From an uncultured Nitrososphaerota archaeon (lineage in GTDB: Archaea > Thermoproteota > Methanomethylicia > Nezhaarchaeales > B40-G2): a stretch of 64,000 bases of DNA. Under the pieces are notes generated by a model, which saw nothing but the letters and a program-made list of their open reading frames with translations, did not search any database and was not told where the DNA came from. Numbering within the stretch: the stretch's first letter is position 1; each line of letters starts with the position of its first letter. The stretch covers positions 3,075-67,074 of the forward strand of contig CAZVDL010000005.1 of NCBI GenBank assembly GCA_964626365.1, read 5' to 3'. Positions 42,692 to 53,787 of the stretch are shown piece after piece. Made by a program: the position numbers and the translations under genes.

Positions 42692-42756
42692 CTCTCGCAG
42701 GGCCGATGAAGAGGCGTGTAAGGGTAGAACGGTGATAGCAGGACCGGGACGGAGGC

Positions 42757-44016
42757 CTACCTCCAGTATTTTCTTGGGTCTGTGATCCTGCCCTCCACGG
42801 CGGAGGCAGCCACGGTGGCTGGGGACGCCAAGTAGATTTTGGCCTTGGTGCTCCCCATCCTGCCCACGAAGTTCCTATTGGCGGCGCTGATACATACCTC
42901 CCCGTCGCCAAGTAGGCCTAGATGGCTGCCTAGGCAAGGCCCACACGTAGGGTTGCAGACCATGGCTCCAGCCTCCAAGAACACCTCTATTAGCCCCCTC
43001 CTTAGCGCCTCGCGGTATATGCGCTGAGAGGCGGGTATCACGATAAGCCTCGTCCGCGGGTGTACCTTCCTCCCTCTCAGGATCTTAGCCGCGACCTCTA
43101 GGTCCTCAAGCCTGCCGTTGGTGCATGAACCTATGAAGGCCTGGTCTACCTCCACCCCTTCGACCTCGGTCACCGCCTTTACGTTATCCACGGAGTGAGG
43201 ACAGGCGACCACGGGCTCAAGCTTGTTGGCATCTAAGACTAGCTCGTCGGCGTAGTGGGCGTCCGGATCGCTCCTAACCGCCTTGTAGGGAAACTTAGCC
43301 CTCCCAGCCAAGTAAGCCTCGGTCTTAGCGTCGGCCTCAATTATACCGTTCTTGGCGCCCATCTCGACGGCCATGTTGCACATGGTCATCCTGCCGTCTA
43401 CGCTTATGTCCTCAACGGCCTCCCCCCTATACTCGACGGCCATGTAGGTCGCCCCGTCAGCCTTAACCTGGCCTATAATCGCCAGTACGAGGTCCTTAGC
43501 AGACACGGGCGGCTTCAGCTTGCCCTCTGCCTGCACCTTTAAGGTCTCAGGGACCCTAAACCACAGCTCCCCCGTCGCCATCGCCGCCGCCATGTCTGTA
43601 GACCCTAGGCCCGTGGCGAAGGCTCCTAGCGCCCCATAGGTCGTGGTATGTGAGTCCGCGCCCACTATAACAAAGCCCGGCACGGCGTAGCCCTCCTCGG
43701 GCACGACTTGATGGCATATGCCTCCCCTGCCTACGTCATAGAAGCTGGTTATGCCCTGCTCCTCTACGAAGCTCCTAAGCATTTTATGGAACTCCGCGGC
43801 TTGAAGAGTGCTGGCAGGGACCTGGTGATCAAACACGACGACGATCCTTGAGGGGTCCCAAACCCTGATCGCACCCATGGCCTTAAGCGACTTGATAGCC
43901 ATGGGCCCTGTGAAATCGTGAATCATGGCTAGGTCGACTTTGGCTACCACTACCTCGCCAGCTGAGACCTCTCTCTTACCCGAGGCCCTAGCAAGTATCT
44001 TCTCAGTTATGGTCAT
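42757..44016 (-). CDS. leuC: 3-isopropylmalate dehydratase / homoaconitase large subunit (aconitase family).
   Basis: The aconitase-family large-subunit layout with Fe-S ligating Cys (GSCTNGR, CNPTCGPC). The 420 aa archaeal LeuC/HacA size fits. No small-subunit gene is adjacent. Confidence 0.85.
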   Translation of the reverse strand: MTITEKILARASGKREVSAGEVVVAKVDLAMIHDFTGPMAIKSLKAMGAIRVWDPSRIVVVFDHQVPASTLQAAEFHKMLRSFVEEQGITSFYDVGRGGICHQVVPEEGYAVPGFVIVGADSHTTTYGALGAFATGLGSTDMAAAMATGELWFRVPETLKVQAEGKLKPPVSAKDLVLAIIGQVKADGATYMAVEYRGEAVEDISVDGRMTMCNMAVEMGAKNGIIEADAKTEAYLAGRAKFPYKAVRSDPDAHYADELVLDANKLEPVVACPHSVDNVKAVTEVEGVEVDQAFIGSCTNGRLEDLEVAAKILRGRKVHPRTRLIVIPASQRIYREALRRGLIEVFLEAGAMVCNPTCGPCLGSHLGLLGDGEVCISAANRNFVGRMGSTKAKIYLASPATVAASAVEGRITDPRKYWR

Positions 44017-44146
44017 CCCCAAGCCGTCCACCCCTTAAGCCGTGCATAGCGTCCACGCAGCCTTTAAGCTTACATGGGGAGGGGGCTGGAGAAGCCTTAT
44101 CTACTCTTCCTTTTTGACAATGAGAACAGCTTAAGGTGGAGGGGCT

Positions 44147-45223
44147 TTGAGCAAAAGCCTTAGCGGGGTCCCAGAGCTCTCGGTAATAGTTCCCACTTAC
44201 AACGAGAGGGAGAACTTACCGCTGCTCGTTGAGAGGGTAGAGGAGGCGCTTAAAGGCAGAAGCTTTGAGCTTATAGTAGTTGATGACAATAGCCCCGACG
44301 GCACAGCCGAAGAAGCATTAAGGCTCGCCGAAAAGTACGGCAACCTGAAGGTCATACGGAGGCCGGGCAAGCTGGGGCTAAGTTCAGCCGTGCTCGACGG
44401 CGTCAGGGAGGCTAGAGCCGGCGTCATCGCGGTCATGGACGCCGACCTACAGCACCCTCCGGAGCTGCTACCTAAGATGCTGGGGAAGATAGGGGAGGGC
44501 TTCGACCTAGTGGTAGCTTCAAGGTATATTGAGGGAGGAGGAGTTGAGGGGTGGAGCTTCTGGAGGAGGTTGATTTCTCGGGCCGCCACGTTGATGGCTA
44601 AGCTAGCTCTCCCAAGAGTTAGGGGCTTAAGAGACCTAATGTCGGGCTTCTTCATGTTTAAGAGGGAGGTCATAGAGGGGGTCGAGCTAAGGCCTAGAGG
44701 GTTTAAGGTCCTACTCGAGATACTGGTTAAAGGTAGGTGGAGCCGAGCCGCTGAGGTCCCATACCTCTTTAAGCCTAGAGAGAGGGGTAAAAGTAAGCTA
44801 GGAGCTAGGGTCATGTGGAACTACGTCGAACAACTCTTAGAGTTAAGCAGTTATAGACCTCTTAAGTTCGCTGCAGTGGGCTCCATCGGGGTGGCCGTGA
44901 ACGAAGGCCTACTCCATGTACTAATGCACTTCCTGCCCCTCCAGCTAGCTGGCGCCATCGCTATAGAGACCTCTATCTTAAACAACTTCATCCTCAACGA
45001 TCAGTGGACGTTCAAGGATAGGAAGGTGGGGAGGTGGGCTTATAGGTGCCTAAAGTATCACGGAGCGGTGGCCGTAGGGGGGCTAGTGAACTACGTCGTG
45101 CTCCTGGCTCTAACCTTACTCTTCGGCGTACATTATCTCATCTCAAACCTAATCGGCATATTGATGGGCTTCCTCGCCAACTACGCTGTGAGTGAAGTCT
45201 TCGTGTGGAGGTCAAGGCAATGA
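44147..45223 (+). CDS. GT2 dolichyl-phosphate sugar synthase (DPM1-like) fused to a GtrA-like C-terminal membrane domain.
   Basis: SVIVPTYNERENL ... VVDDNSPDGT ... DADLQHPP GT2 motifs, followed by four TM helices of the GtrA type. Confidence 0.8.
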   Translation: MSKSLSGVPELSVIVPTYNERENLPLLVERVEEALKGRSFELIVVDDNSPDGTAEEALRLAEKYGNLKVIRRPGKLGLSSAVLDGVREARAGVIAVMDADLQHPPELLPKMLGKIGEGFDLVVASRYIEGGGVEGWSFWRRLISRAATLMAKLALPRVRGLRDLMSGFFMFKREVIEGVELRPRGFKVLLEILVKGRWSRAAEVPYLFKPRERGKSKLGARVMWNYVEQLLELSSYRPLKFAAVGSIGVAVNEGLLHVLMHFLPLQLAGAIAIETSILNNFILNDQWTFKDRKVGRWAYRCLKYHGAVAVGGLVNYVVLLALTLLFGVHYLISNLIGILMGFLANYAVSEVFVWRSRQ

Positions 45224-46431
45224 AGGACTCTAAGCAATCATTGATGAGCAGGGCCATAAAGGTGCTGACAGCGGCGCTTCTACTGAGGACTGGCTTCTGG
45301 ATGCACTTAGAGCTTAACATGGTGGAGAACCTCCCCGGCCTCTTATGCGCCCTCCTACTGTACGTGTTATCCTTCGTGTTGATTGTGGAGGCCTTCACCG
45401 ACTTAGACCTGACCAGGGTGACTAGGTCCCTGACCGTAGTCGTTATAGCGCTCTTCGCGGCCGCCTTCGTTTTCTCCGCCCCTAACGCTCCTCGATACTG
45501 TACCGACGCCATGCTGTTTACCAGGTACGCCGTAGAGCTTCTCCTTGAGGGGCATAACCCTTACGCCTACTCCATGCAGCAGGCTCTGTTGAAGTACGCC
45601 ACCATGGATTATCGGTGGCTGACGGAGACTCTTGAGGGGGCCCCCGTGTCCACATACAGTTACCCCTCGCTAAGCTTCCTAATCTATGTCCCAGCCTTCC
45701 TGGCTGGTTTAAGGGATGTAGGGGCAGTTATGGCAGCCTTTTTCTGCTTGACGGCCTTCTTCCTCGTCAAGGAGACCCCTCAGGAGTACAGGTTGCTCCC
45801 CATCTTAATCCTATTCTTAGACCCTATGTTAGCTGTGCTCTCTTACGTAGGGGCTCACGACGTGGTCTGGATGTTCTTCCTCCTCCTGGCCATGAAGTAC
45901 TTTAACCCCCGCTCTAAGGATAGCTTGAGGGTTAGTGCTATACTCCTTGGGGTTGCCTTCGCTGTAAAGCAGACCCCTTGGTTAATACTCCCCTTCCTCG
46001 TTATCTGGACAGTTAAGGAGGCTGGTGTTAAAAGGGCGGCTGAACTCATATCCATAGCCGCGCTGGTCTTCTTAGCCCCTAACCTCCCCTTCATGTTGTG
46101 GGACTTTAACTCGTGGCTTGAGGGGGTGTTGACGCCCGTAGCTAAGCCTCTTATACCTCAGGGCTATGGGCTGGTGGCCTTAGTCTATGAAGGCTACGTG
46201 TACCTCCCCAAGGAGTTCTTCACGGTCGCCACGGTGACGGTGGCAGCTACCCTCCTAGCCCTTTACTGGCTTAACTTTAACGACAAGGTGAAATACCTAG
46301 CCTGGGTAGTACCCATGTTCGTGTTGTTCTTTGCCTGGCGAAGCTTACCCAGCTACTTCATGTTCTTCATACCGGTAGCCTACTATGCCGCCCTGTTAAT
46401 GGTGAAGGAACATGGCCTCCTTAAGGCTTAA
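45220..46431 (+). CDS. Polytopic membrane protein, a possible GT-C-type glycosyltransferase.
   Basis: About 10 TM helices. The ATGA overlap with the Dol-P-sugar synthase gene suggests a coupled function. Confidence 0.45.
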   Translation: MKDSKQSLMSRAIKVLTAALLLRTGFWMHLELNMVENLPGLLCALLLYVLSFVLIVEAFTDLDLTRVTRSLTVVVIALFAAAFVFSAPNAPRYCTDAMLFTRYAVELLLEGHNPYAYSMQQALLKYATMDYRWLTETLEGAPVSTYSYPSLSFLIYVPAFLAGLRDVGAVMAAFFCLTAFFLVKETPQEYRLLPILILFLDPMLAVLSYVGAHDVVWMFFLLLAMKYFNPRSKDSLRVSAILLGVAFAVKQTPWLILPFLVIWTVKEAGVKRAAELISIAALVFLAPNLPFMLWDFNSWLEGVLTPVAKPLIPQGYGLVALVYEGYVYLPKEFFTVATVTVAATLLALYWLNFNDKVKYLAWVVPMFVLFFAWRSLPSYFMFFIPVAYYAALLMVKEHGLLKA

Positions 46432-47512
46432 CCTAGCCGTGCTCCTCCTAGCGTCGCTGATAATAGCTTCCTCGGCCATAGTACTGGTCGGTAGGCCTCC
46501 GGTGGAGGTTGAGCTGAGGGTCGTCGACGCCTACGACTCAGCTAAAATAGGGAGGCTAGACACGCTGGTCGTAGAGGTCAGGAACCTAGGAGGCTCAGAG
46601 CTTAGCCCCGTGTTCTTCGTGACGGACGGAAGCCCTGGAGGGTATAAGGCCTGGAAGATCGTGGAGGGGCCCAGGCTGGTTGAGCCCGGCGCCAAGGCCC
46701 GCTTCGTCATTAAGTCCCCTTACCCCTTAAACGCCATACCCCCTAGCAGGGGCTTCATCGTCCTCCTGCTGGACCCTTCCAACGAGACGGTCAAGGCCAA
46801 GAGCCGCCTATGTAGGTTCAACCTACCGTTCACCCCTCTACGCAACCCTAACTTAGATTACTGGGTCTACGATGTCAAGAAGGGGTATAGCGAACCCTTC
46901 GCCTGGTCCTTCATCTACTGTAAGGAGGGCGTCGAGCATGCCTACCTTGAGAAGGTGGACGACACGGCTAGGTTGGTCGTAGCTAACCTGTCCAGGAGGA
47001 AGGGGGATTGGTTAATGAGCGGGCTGTGGCAAACCGTGGAGTTTCCGGAGGTAGTCGAGGTTAAGGTCAAACCCATGTTCAGCACGCCGGTGAGCAGAAG
47101 ACCTTCAAGGGTGGTGGCTGTAGAGGTGGGCTATGGCCACTGGGACTGGGATGAACATAGGAGGATAAGCAACTACACTGTGATACCCTACAAAGGCCTA
47201 TGGATAGCTTTCACCAACGACACCGAGGAGCCAATCCTGTTGAGGAACTGCATGTGGGAAGGAGTGGCTATATACTTCGTGCCCGTTAAGGTGGGAGAGT
47301 GGAACGTGGTTAAGGTAAACGTTACCAGGCTACTGCTTGAGCTTGGATGGGAACTGCCTGAGCCGCAGCCGTACACCTATGAAGGCAACCTCTACGTGAT
47401 TAGGAGGGCTGAGCTCACGTTATTCGTGGCTAAGTACCCTTGGACCCTACACCCCAAGGAGCCCTTAGAGGCATACTTCGATTACGTCAAAATAACCCCC
47501 CATAGAGGCTAG
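46412..47512 (+). CDS. Signal-anchored extracellular protein rich in N-glycosylation sequons.
   Basis: An N-terminal signal/anchor and multiple N-x-S/T sites (NET, NLS, NYT, NDT, NVT). It overlaps the upstream membrane gene. Confidence 0.5.
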   Translation: MASLRLNLAVLLLASLIIASSAIVLVGRPPVEVELRVVDAYDSAKIGRLDTLVVEVRNLGGSELSPVFFVTDGSPGGYKAWKIVEGPRLVEPGAKARFVIKSPYPLNAIPPSRGFIVLLLDPSNETVKAKSRLCRFNLPFTPLRNPNLDYWVYDVKKGYSEPFAWSFIYCKEGVEHAYLEKVDDTARLVVANLSRRKGDWLMSGLWQTVEFPEVVEVKVKPMFSTPVSRRPSRVVAVEVGYGHWDWDEHRRISNYTVIPYKGLWIAFTNDTEEPILLRNCMWEGVAIYFVPVKVGEWNVVKVNVTRLLLELGWELPEPQPYTYEGNLYVIRRAELTLFVAKYPWTLHPKEPLEAYFDYVKITPHRG

Positions 47513-47545
47513 CCCAGCCCTCCACGTCGAGGTTGACTCGCCAGC

Positions 47546-49201
47546 CTATGCTTTAAGCACAGCGCCCTCATCAGCTGAGGAGGCCATCTTAGCGTACCTT
47601 ACTAGGCAGCCTCCCTCTACCTTGGGTTTTGGAGGGGTCCACCGCCTCCTCCTAGCCTCAAGCTCGTCTGAGCTTACGTCCAAGTCTATCCTCCTAGCCT
47701 CAACATCTATGACCACGCGGTCGCCCTCCTCGACCAGTGCTATAGGCCCGCCCTCAGCTGCTTCAGGCGATACGTGGCCTATACAGAGCCCCCTCGTGGC
47801 GCCCGAGAACCGTCCATCGGTTACGAGGGCAACTCTCCCCGACATACCCATCCCCGCTATGATGGCGGTGGCCTGTAGCATCTCTCTCATCCCCGGGCCT
47901 CCTTTAGGCCCCTCATACCTGATTATGACCACGTCGCCTTCCTCAACATCGCCGTTAAGTAGCGCCTTAACCGCTTCTTCCTCACCGTCATACACTTTAG
48001 CTCTACCTTCGAACTTCATGGCCTCCTTGGGGACCGCCGCGGTCTTTAACACGGACCCTCGAGGCGCCAAGCTCCCCTTCAACACTGCTATACCTCCAAC
48101 GGTCGACACCGGGCGGTTCAACGGCCTTATCACGGCGGGGTCTCGTACTGTTACCCCCTCGAGGTTCTCCTTAACTGTTCTCCCCGTCACGGTCAGGGCT
48201 TCAAGGTTTAGGAGAGGGGACAACTCAGACATTAAGGCGGGTACGCCACCAGCCGCCTCCAAGTCCTCCATGGTATGCGGCCCTCCTGGAACCATGGTGC
48301 ATAGCTGAGGCACCCTCCTACTCATGTAGTCAAAGTCGTCTAGGCTAAGCTCCACCCCAGCCTCCCTGGCTATGGCTGGTAGATGGAGCACGGTGTTAGT
48401 CGAGCCTCCAAGCGCCAGGTCGACGGCTATGGCGTTCTCGAAAGCCTTCCTGATCATTATTCGCCTCGCCGTCAACCCCTCCTTAACCATCTCCACGGCC
48501 CTAACCCCGCTGCGGAAGGCTATCTCCAGCTTCTTAGCCGTGTCAGCGTGCGCCGTGGCGCAGCCCGGCAGAGACATCCCTAGGGCCTCAGTGAGGCAGG
48601 CCATGGTATTGGCGGTGAACATGCCGTTGCAGGAGCCGGGCCCTGGACAAGCCGCCTTCTCCAGCTCCGCTAGCTCCTCCTCCTTGAGCTCGCCCCTCTT
48701 CACCCTCCCGACGGCCTCGAACACCGAGGCTACGCCCACCTTAGACCCCCTATAGAGCCCGGACCTCATGGGTCCGCCGGTCACTACTATGGATGGTATG
48801 TCTAGCCTAGCCGCCGCCATTAACATCCCAGGCGTTATCTTGTCGCAGTTGGTGACTAGCACCATGCCGTCGAACCTATGCGCCTCGACCACCATCTCCA
48901 CTGAGTCAGCTATCAGGTCGCGTGAAGGCAACGAGTACTTCATGCCCCTGTGGCCCATGGCTATGCCGTCGCAGATGGCTATGGTGTTGACCTCGAAGGG
49001 CACGCCCCCGGCAGCCCTAACACCCTGCTTCACGGCCTCAGCGAGCCTACGTAGATGTATGTGGCCTGGGACCACCTCAGAGTAGCTGTTGACGACCGCT
49101 ATGAAGGGCCTCGCGAAGTCCTCGTCGCTTAGCCCTAGCGCCCTAAGCAGAGCTCTATGGGGGGCTCTCTCTAAGCCCTCTTTAGCCTCAGAGCTTCTCA
49201 T
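47546..49201 (-). CDS. ilvD: Dihydroxy-acid dehydratase.
   Basis: The full-length IlvD/EDD signature (CDGIAMGH, Fe-S Cys, SGGP) is present. The protein is 551 aa. Confidence 0.9.
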   Translation of the reverse strand: MRSSEAKEGLERAPHRALLRALGLSDEDFARPFIAVVNSYSEVVPGHIHLRRLAEAVKQGVRAAGGVPFEVNTIAICDGIAMGHRGMKYSLPSRDLIADSVEMVVEAHRFDGMVLVTNCDKITPGMLMAAARLDIPSIVVTGGPMRSGLYRGSKVGVASVFEAVGRVKRGELKEEELAELEKAACPGPGSCNGMFTANTMACLTEALGMSLPGCATAHADTAKKLEIAFRSGVRAVEMVKEGLTARRIMIRKAFENAIAVDLALGGSTNTVLHLPAIAREAGVELSLDDFDYMSRRVPQLCTMVPGGPHTMEDLEAAGGVPALMSELSPLLNLEALTVTGRTVKENLEGVTVRDPAVIRPLNRPVSTVGGIAVLKGSLAPRGSVLKTAAVPKEAMKFEGRAKVYDGEEEAVKALLNGDVEEGDVVIIRYEGPKGGPGMREMLQATAIIAGMGMSGRVALVTDGRFSGATRGLCIGHVSPEAAEGGPIALVEEGDRVVIDVEARRIDLDVSSDELEARRRRWTPPKPKVEGGCLVRYAKMASSADEGAVLKA

Positions 49202-49248
49202 AGCGCTGTTCCTAAGCGCTTAGCTGGGATTAACGCGTTACGCCCAGC

Positions 49249-49656
49249 TTATCTGCTCGGCTTAAAGCCGGCCTTGCCTAGGCTCTCTATGAAGCTAAGC
49301 AGCTTCTTTAAGGTCTCCTCGCTTATCGAGTGTTCAAGGGCGCAGCTATCGCGCTCGGCTGTCTCTCTGTCGACGCCTAGGACCTCGTGTAGGAACTTCA
49401 GGAGGACCAAGTGTCGGTTATAGATCCTCTTGGCTAGATCCTCGCCCTCCTTGGTCAGCACTATGGACCCATACCTTTCATGTTTAACTAGGTTGCGCTC
49501 AGCCAACTTCTCGATAGCCTCGTTGGCGCTGGACGCCCTTACGTTAAGCCTCGCCGCTAAGTCCTTCATCCTCGCCTCGCCCTTCTCCCTCTGCAATATA
49601 TAGACGGCCTCTAAGTAGTCCTCCAGGCTCCTCGTCAGCTTAGGCTCCTCGCCCAA
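49249..49656 (-). CDS. DtxR/MntR-family metal-dependent transcriptional repressor.
   Basis: SLEDYLEAVYILQREKGEARMKDLAARLNVRASSANEAIEKLAERNLV is the DtxR HTH plus the start of the metal-binding helix. The start is TTG. Confidence 0.75.
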   Translation of the reverse strand: MGEEPKLTRSLEDYLEAVYILQREKGEARMKDLAARLNVRASSANEAIEKLAERNLVKHERYGSIVLTKEGEDLAKRIYNRHLVLLKFLHEVLGVDRETAERDSCALEHSISEETLKKLLSFIESLGKAGFKPSR

Positions 49657-49670
49657 GACTCTTCAACCCA

Positions 49671-49689
49671 CTGCTGGCTGACTGAGCAG
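49671..49689. promoter_or_regulatory. An inverted repeat (CTGCT-N9-AGCAG) in the divergent promoter region between the DtxR-like gene and feoA/feoB, a candidate metalloregulator operator.
   Basis: An imperfect palindrome ctgctggctgactgagcag next to an AT-rich TATA-like segment (ttcaataattagctttaaata). Confidence 0.3.
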
Positions 49690-49786
49690 TTAACCTTTTC
49701 GTCGCCTTTCTGTGCATAGTTCAATAATTAGCTTTAAATAGGATGACCTCCTCCTCGGCGCTAGAAGTTAGGGGTGCCTAACTAGC

Positions 49787-50419
49787 GTGGGGCAGGCCGA
49801 GTTAATGGAGGAGCTCCTAGAGGCCATCCTAACCATGGAGATTAGGGGGATGAGGGCTACGCCTAAAGAGTTAGCTGAGGAGCTAAAGGTAGATGTTAGC
49901 GCTGTCGAGGAGCTGCTGAGGAAAGCCTTGGATAAGGGGCTCGTGGCCGAGGATCAGGGACGCTACCTGCTAACCCCCAAAGGGCTCGAGGAGGTACATG
50001 TACACAGGGAGCGCTACATCCATGACAGGCTACTCCACGGCTCCACCATCCTAGGCAGGCTAAGCAAGGTGGTTGAAGGCAGAGTGTACGACCTCGACGC
50101 GCACTGGCACCATAGACACGGCATCAACGGCCCAGCGCTTAGCGCCCTACACCGGGGCTTTATGGGGGTTGAAGGCAGGGTGGAGGAGCTTGTACCCTTA
50201 ACGTGGCTTAGGCCAGGCTCCCGGGGCGTAGTGGTCTTCGCCCTTGGAGGCTACGGCTTAGTGAGGAGACTGGCCGAGATGGGCTTGACCCCGGGCACGG
50301 AGGTCCGAGTTACGCGCAGGGCCCCATTGAGGGGGCCCATTGAGGTCCAAGTTAGAGGCGTGTCGCTGGCGTTAGGCTTCGGCGTAGCCTCGAAGGTAAT
50401 AGTTAAGCCTCTAGAGTGA
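49787..50419 (+). CDS. feoA: Fusion of a DtxR-like HTH with a C-terminal FeoA domain.
   Basis: An N-terminal wHTH, and a C-terminal SH3-like FeoA segment (LRPGSRGVVVFALGGYGLVRRLAEMGLTPGTEVRVTRRAP). Confidence 0.7.
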   Translation: MGQAELMEELLEAILTMEIRGMRATPKELAEELKVDVSAVEELLRKALDKGLVAEDQGRYLLTPKGLEEVHVHRERYIHDRLLHGSTILGRLSKVVEGRVYDLDAHWHHRHGINGPALSALHRGFMGVEGRVEELVPLTWLRPGSRGVVVFALGGYGLVRRLAEMGLTPGTEVRVTRRAPLRGPIEVQVRGVSLALGFGVASKVIVKPLE

Positions 50420-50429
50420 AGGGCCTGCT

Positions 50430-52388
50430 ATGAGGACCCTGTCGATAGCCTTAGCCGGCAACTCTAACGTAGGTAAGAGTGCTCTCTTTAACCAGCTGAC
50501 AGGGTTAAGGCAGAACGTAGGCAACTGGCCGGGCACCACCGTGGAGAAGGTCGAGGGGGCCCTCTACTTCCAGGGGTTCAAGATAAAGGTGGTCGACTTA
50601 CCGGGCGTCTACTCGCTCTCGGCATTTTCAGCTGACGAGAGGGTCGCTAGAGAATACATAGCGTCGGGCGAGCCAGACGTGGTTATAGACGTGGTCGACG
50701 CTACGGCCCTAGAGAGGAACCTGTACTTGACGCTGCAGCTGCTCGAGCTGAGCGCCCCCATGGTCGTGGCGCTTAATCAAGTTGACGCTGCGGCTAGAAA
50801 GGGGCTGGTTATAGACGTCGAAGCCCTATCGAGGGAGCTAGGCGTGCCCGTCGCTCCCACGGTGGCTATAACAGGCCAGGGAGTCAAGGAGCTCCTCGCC
50901 CTAGCCGTGAAGGCGGCTCAGGAGAAGGTTAGACCTCCCTCCCCTAAGTATGGCAGGGAGGTTGAGGAGAGGGTTGCGAGGCTAGCCCTCGAGGTTGAAC
51001 GTAGGAGCGAGCAGCTTGGGTTAAGGTACCCAGCTAGGTGGGTGGCACTCAAACTCCTAGAGCGCGATGAAGAGATAACGAAGCTCCTGCTCAGCCGCCC
51101 TCAAGGGCGCGAGCTGGTGATGTTAGCTGAGGCCCTAGCGGAGGAGCTTGAGGAGATCCACGGTGAGCCCTCGCCTATGGTTATCGCTGCGGAGCGCTAC
51201 AACGTGGCGGCTAGGATAGCTAGGCTTTGCGTTAAGGCTGTAGCCCCGCCTAAGCCCTCCCTCACCGATAGACTCGACTCGCTATTAATGCACAGGGTTT
51301 TAGGGTACCCTATACTGGCAGGGGTCCTAGTGTCGGTCTTTGCTTTCATCTTCCACGTTGGAAGCCTGCTCGCAAGTCCATTAGAGGCTCTATTCAGCGA
51401 CTTCGTGGCTCCAGCGGTTCGAAGCACTCTATCAGCCACCCTGCCTGAGGCGGGGGTTGACCTCGTGGTGAACGGCGTAGTGATGGGGGTGGCCGCGGGG
51501 ATCACGGTGATCCTTCCCTTCATCCTCCCGTTCTACCTAGCCTTGGCTATCCTGGAGGACTCGGGCTACCTGCCTAGGGCGGCTTTCCTTACTGACACCT
51601 TGATGCATAAGCTGGGCCTTCACGGTAGGGCCGTGGTCCCGATGGTGCTAGGGTACGGGTGTAACGTGCCGGCGGTGATGGCGTGCCGAGTGCTTGAGAC
51701 TGAGCGTGAGCGCCTGATAGCTGGTCTCCTCGTGGTGTTGATACCCTGTGCAGCGAGGACGGTGGTGATCTTGGGCCTCGTGGGCAGGTTTATAGGAGTA
51801 CACGCGGCCTTAGCCCTCTACCTCCTGGACTTGGCGGTCGTGGTGCTTCTTGGCAGAGCGGCCTTTAAGCTGCTGCCAGGCGAGGCTCTAGGCCTCATCA
51901 TGGAGATCCCTCCCTACAGGGTGCCGTCGCCTAAGTCGGTGCTAACTAAGACCCTGACTAGGACCTGGTCCTTCATTTACATAGCCTTCCCCCTCATAGT
52001 GGGGGGCAGTGTAGCTATAGAGGGCCTAAGGCTGACAGGCCTCCTAGAGCTGTTCGTGGAGACCTCAAAGCCCTTCATGGAGGGCCTGCTGGGCCTGCCA
52101 GCGATGTGCGCTGTGCCCATAGTCTTCGGGGTGTTGAGGAAGGAGCTCACCCTCATAATGCTGGCTGAAGTGGCGGGGACCACAAATCTGGCCTCGGTGC
52201 TGACCGCCCATCAAATGCTGGTGTTCACGGCGGTGGTAATGCTGTATGTGCCCTGCGTAGCTACCATAGCCTCGCTCGTACATGAGTTCGGCGCTAAGAG
52301 AGCCCTGTACATGACCCTGCTCTACGTGGGCCTAGCGTTGGCTGCGGGGGCGCTACTCAACTTTACCTTGGCTCTCCTCGGGATTTAG
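50430..52388 (+). CDS. feoB: Ferrous iron transporter FeoB.
   Basis: An N-terminal G-protein domain ([20 protein letters not shown]) followed by the polytopic FeoB membrane domain. Confidence 0.9.
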   Translation: MRTLSIALAGNSNVGKSALFNQLTGLRQNVGNWPGTTVEKVEGALYFQGFKIKVVDLPGVYSLSAFSADERVAREYIASGEPDVVIDVVDATALERNLYLTLQLLELSAPMVVALNQVDAAARKGLVIDVEALSRELGVPVAPTVAITGQGVKELLALAVKAAQEKVRPPSPKYGREVEERVARLALEVERRSEQLGLRYPARWVALKLLERDEEITKLLLSRPQGRELVMLAEALAEELEEIHGEPSPMVIAAERYNVAARIARLCVKAVAPPKPSLTDRLDSLLMHRVLGYPILAGVLVSVFAFIFHVGSLLASPLEALFSDFVAPAVRSTLSATLPEAGVDLVVNGVVMGVAAGITVILPFILPFYLALAILEDSGYLPRAAFLTDTLMHKLGLHGRAVVPMVLGYGCNVPAVMACRVLETERERLIAGLLVVLIPCAARTVVILGLVGRFIGVHAALALYLLDLAVVVLLGRAAFKLLPGEALGLIMEIPPYRVPSPKSVLTKTLTRTWSFIYIAFPLIVGGSVAIEGLRLTGLLELFVETSKPFMEGLLGLPAMCAVPIVFGVLRKELTLIMLAEVAGTTNLASVLTAHQMLVFTAVVMLYVPCVATIASLVHEFGAKRALYMTLLYVGLALAAGALLNFTLALLGI

Positions 52389-53374
52389 CCTTCCCTCCAC
52401 ATTAACTTCCTTAGCTCCCTACCCACCTTCTCTATTGGGTGCTCCTCGAGCTCCCTCATGTACTTATTGAAGGCCTCAGGACCCTCACGCCTCCAAGCTT
52501 CAACCCACTCCCTAGCGAACTCGCCTGACTGCACCTCCGATAGGACCTTTCTCATGGCCTCCTTGACCCCCTCGCCGATAACCCTTCCTCCCCTCGTAAG
52601 CCCCCCGTAGCGGGCGGTCTCGCTCACCCTCCTATACATGCCCGCTATGCCGTAGCGCTGGATAAGGTCCACTATCAGCTTAAGCTCATGGAGGCACTCG
52701 AAGTATGCAACCTCAGGCTGGTATCCAGCCTCCACGAGGACCTCGAAGGCCGTCCTGATGAGCCTATCCACGCCGCCGCATAGGTCTACCTGCTCGCCGA
52801 ACCAGTCGGTCTCGACCTCCTCCTTGAACGTGGTCTCTATAACTCCGGCCCTCGTGGCGCCTATGCCCTTAGCTAGGGCTAAGACACGCTGCCAAGCCCT
52901 GCCCGTGTAGTCTTGTTGAACCGCCACCAGCGCTGGTGCCCCAAAGCCCTCAAGGTACAGCTCGCGTACACGCTGGCCTGGAGCCTTGGGAGCCACCATA
53001 ATCACGTCCACGTACTCGGGGGGCTTGATCCACCTCCAATGTATGGCTGCGCCATGGGAGAAGCATAGGGCCTTGCCGGGCTTAAGGTGGTCCTTAACCT
53101 GGCTCTCATACACCTCAGCCTGAACCATGTCTGGGATCAGGAAGTGTATGATGTCGCCCCGCTTAGCGGCCTCAGGTATATCGTAGACCTCGAAGCCATC
53201 TCGCCTAGCCATCTCCCTCGTCTCGTCGCCCCTTAAGCCCAGTATCACGTTGAGCCCCGAGTCCCTTAGGTTATTGGCTTGGGCGTAGCCCTGGTTCCCA
53301 TAGCCTATTATAGCTATGACCTCCCCCTTTAATGGGTCCAGGCTTACCTCCTCATCCCTCCATATCCTAGCCAA
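52385..53374 (-). CDS. ilvC: Ketol-acid reductoisomerase.
   Basis: The [24 protein letters not shown]-binding signature and the class I KARI length (329 aa). Confidence 0.9.
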   Translation of the reverse strand: MARIWRDEEVSLDPLKGEVIAIIGYGNQGYAQANNLRDSGLNVILGLRGDETREMARRDGFEVYDIPEAAKRGDIIHFLIPDMVQAEVYESQVKDHLKPGKALCFSHGAAIHWRWIKPPEYVDVIMVAPKAPGQRVRELYLEGFGAPALVAVQQDYTGRAWQRVLALAKGIGATRAGVIETTFKEEVETDWFGEQVDLCGGVDRLIRTAFEVLVEAGYQPEVAYFECLHELKLIVDLIQRYGIAGMYRRVSETARYGGLTRGGRVIGEGVKEAMRKVLSEVQSGEFAREWVEAWRREGPEAFNKYMRELEEHPIEKVGRELRKLMWREG

Positions 53375-53410
53375 GGAAGGCCACCTACGAGCACTCCTCT
53401 CAGCTGAGCT

Positions 53411-53785
53411 TTAAAACCGCTTCCTCCCCAATACCCCCAGTTTCCTAAGGAGCCTCAACACCTTGGGCGCCGCCCTAGCCACGTCCTCCTCAGTGGCCGT
53501 GTAGGCAGCGCTACACTCTGGGTCTACGGTGACTCCAACTCCCTCCACGTATATGAAGGGGTAGACCCTGCAGCCCTCAGGTCTATCTGGGTACACCCTA
53601 CAGGTCCTCGATTTAGGGTCATAGAAGAAGCAGTGGCCATCTACGTTCTTAAGCCTTAAGAGCCCGTCCCTAAGCTCGTAGAAGCCTCTATAGCCTAACC
53701 TCTCAAGGCGCCTCACGTCGTCCTCGGTCAAGGGCATCTCGGTGTCTAAGCAGCACCTCCCGCATCTGAGGCAGGTAAAGGGCAT
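53411..53785 (-). CDS. YkgJ-family (PF03692) CxxCxxCC zinc/iron-chelating domain protein.
   Basis: An N-terminal CLRCGRCC motif plus downstream Cys (C..C). Confidence 0.7.
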   Translation of the reverse strand: MPFTCLRCGRCCLDTEMPLTEDDVRRLERLGYRGFYELRDGLLRLKNVDGHCFFYDPKSRTCRVYPDRPEGCRVYPFIYVEGVGVTVDPECSAAYTATEEDVARAAPKVLRLLRKLGVLGRKRF

Positions 53786-53787
53786 AG

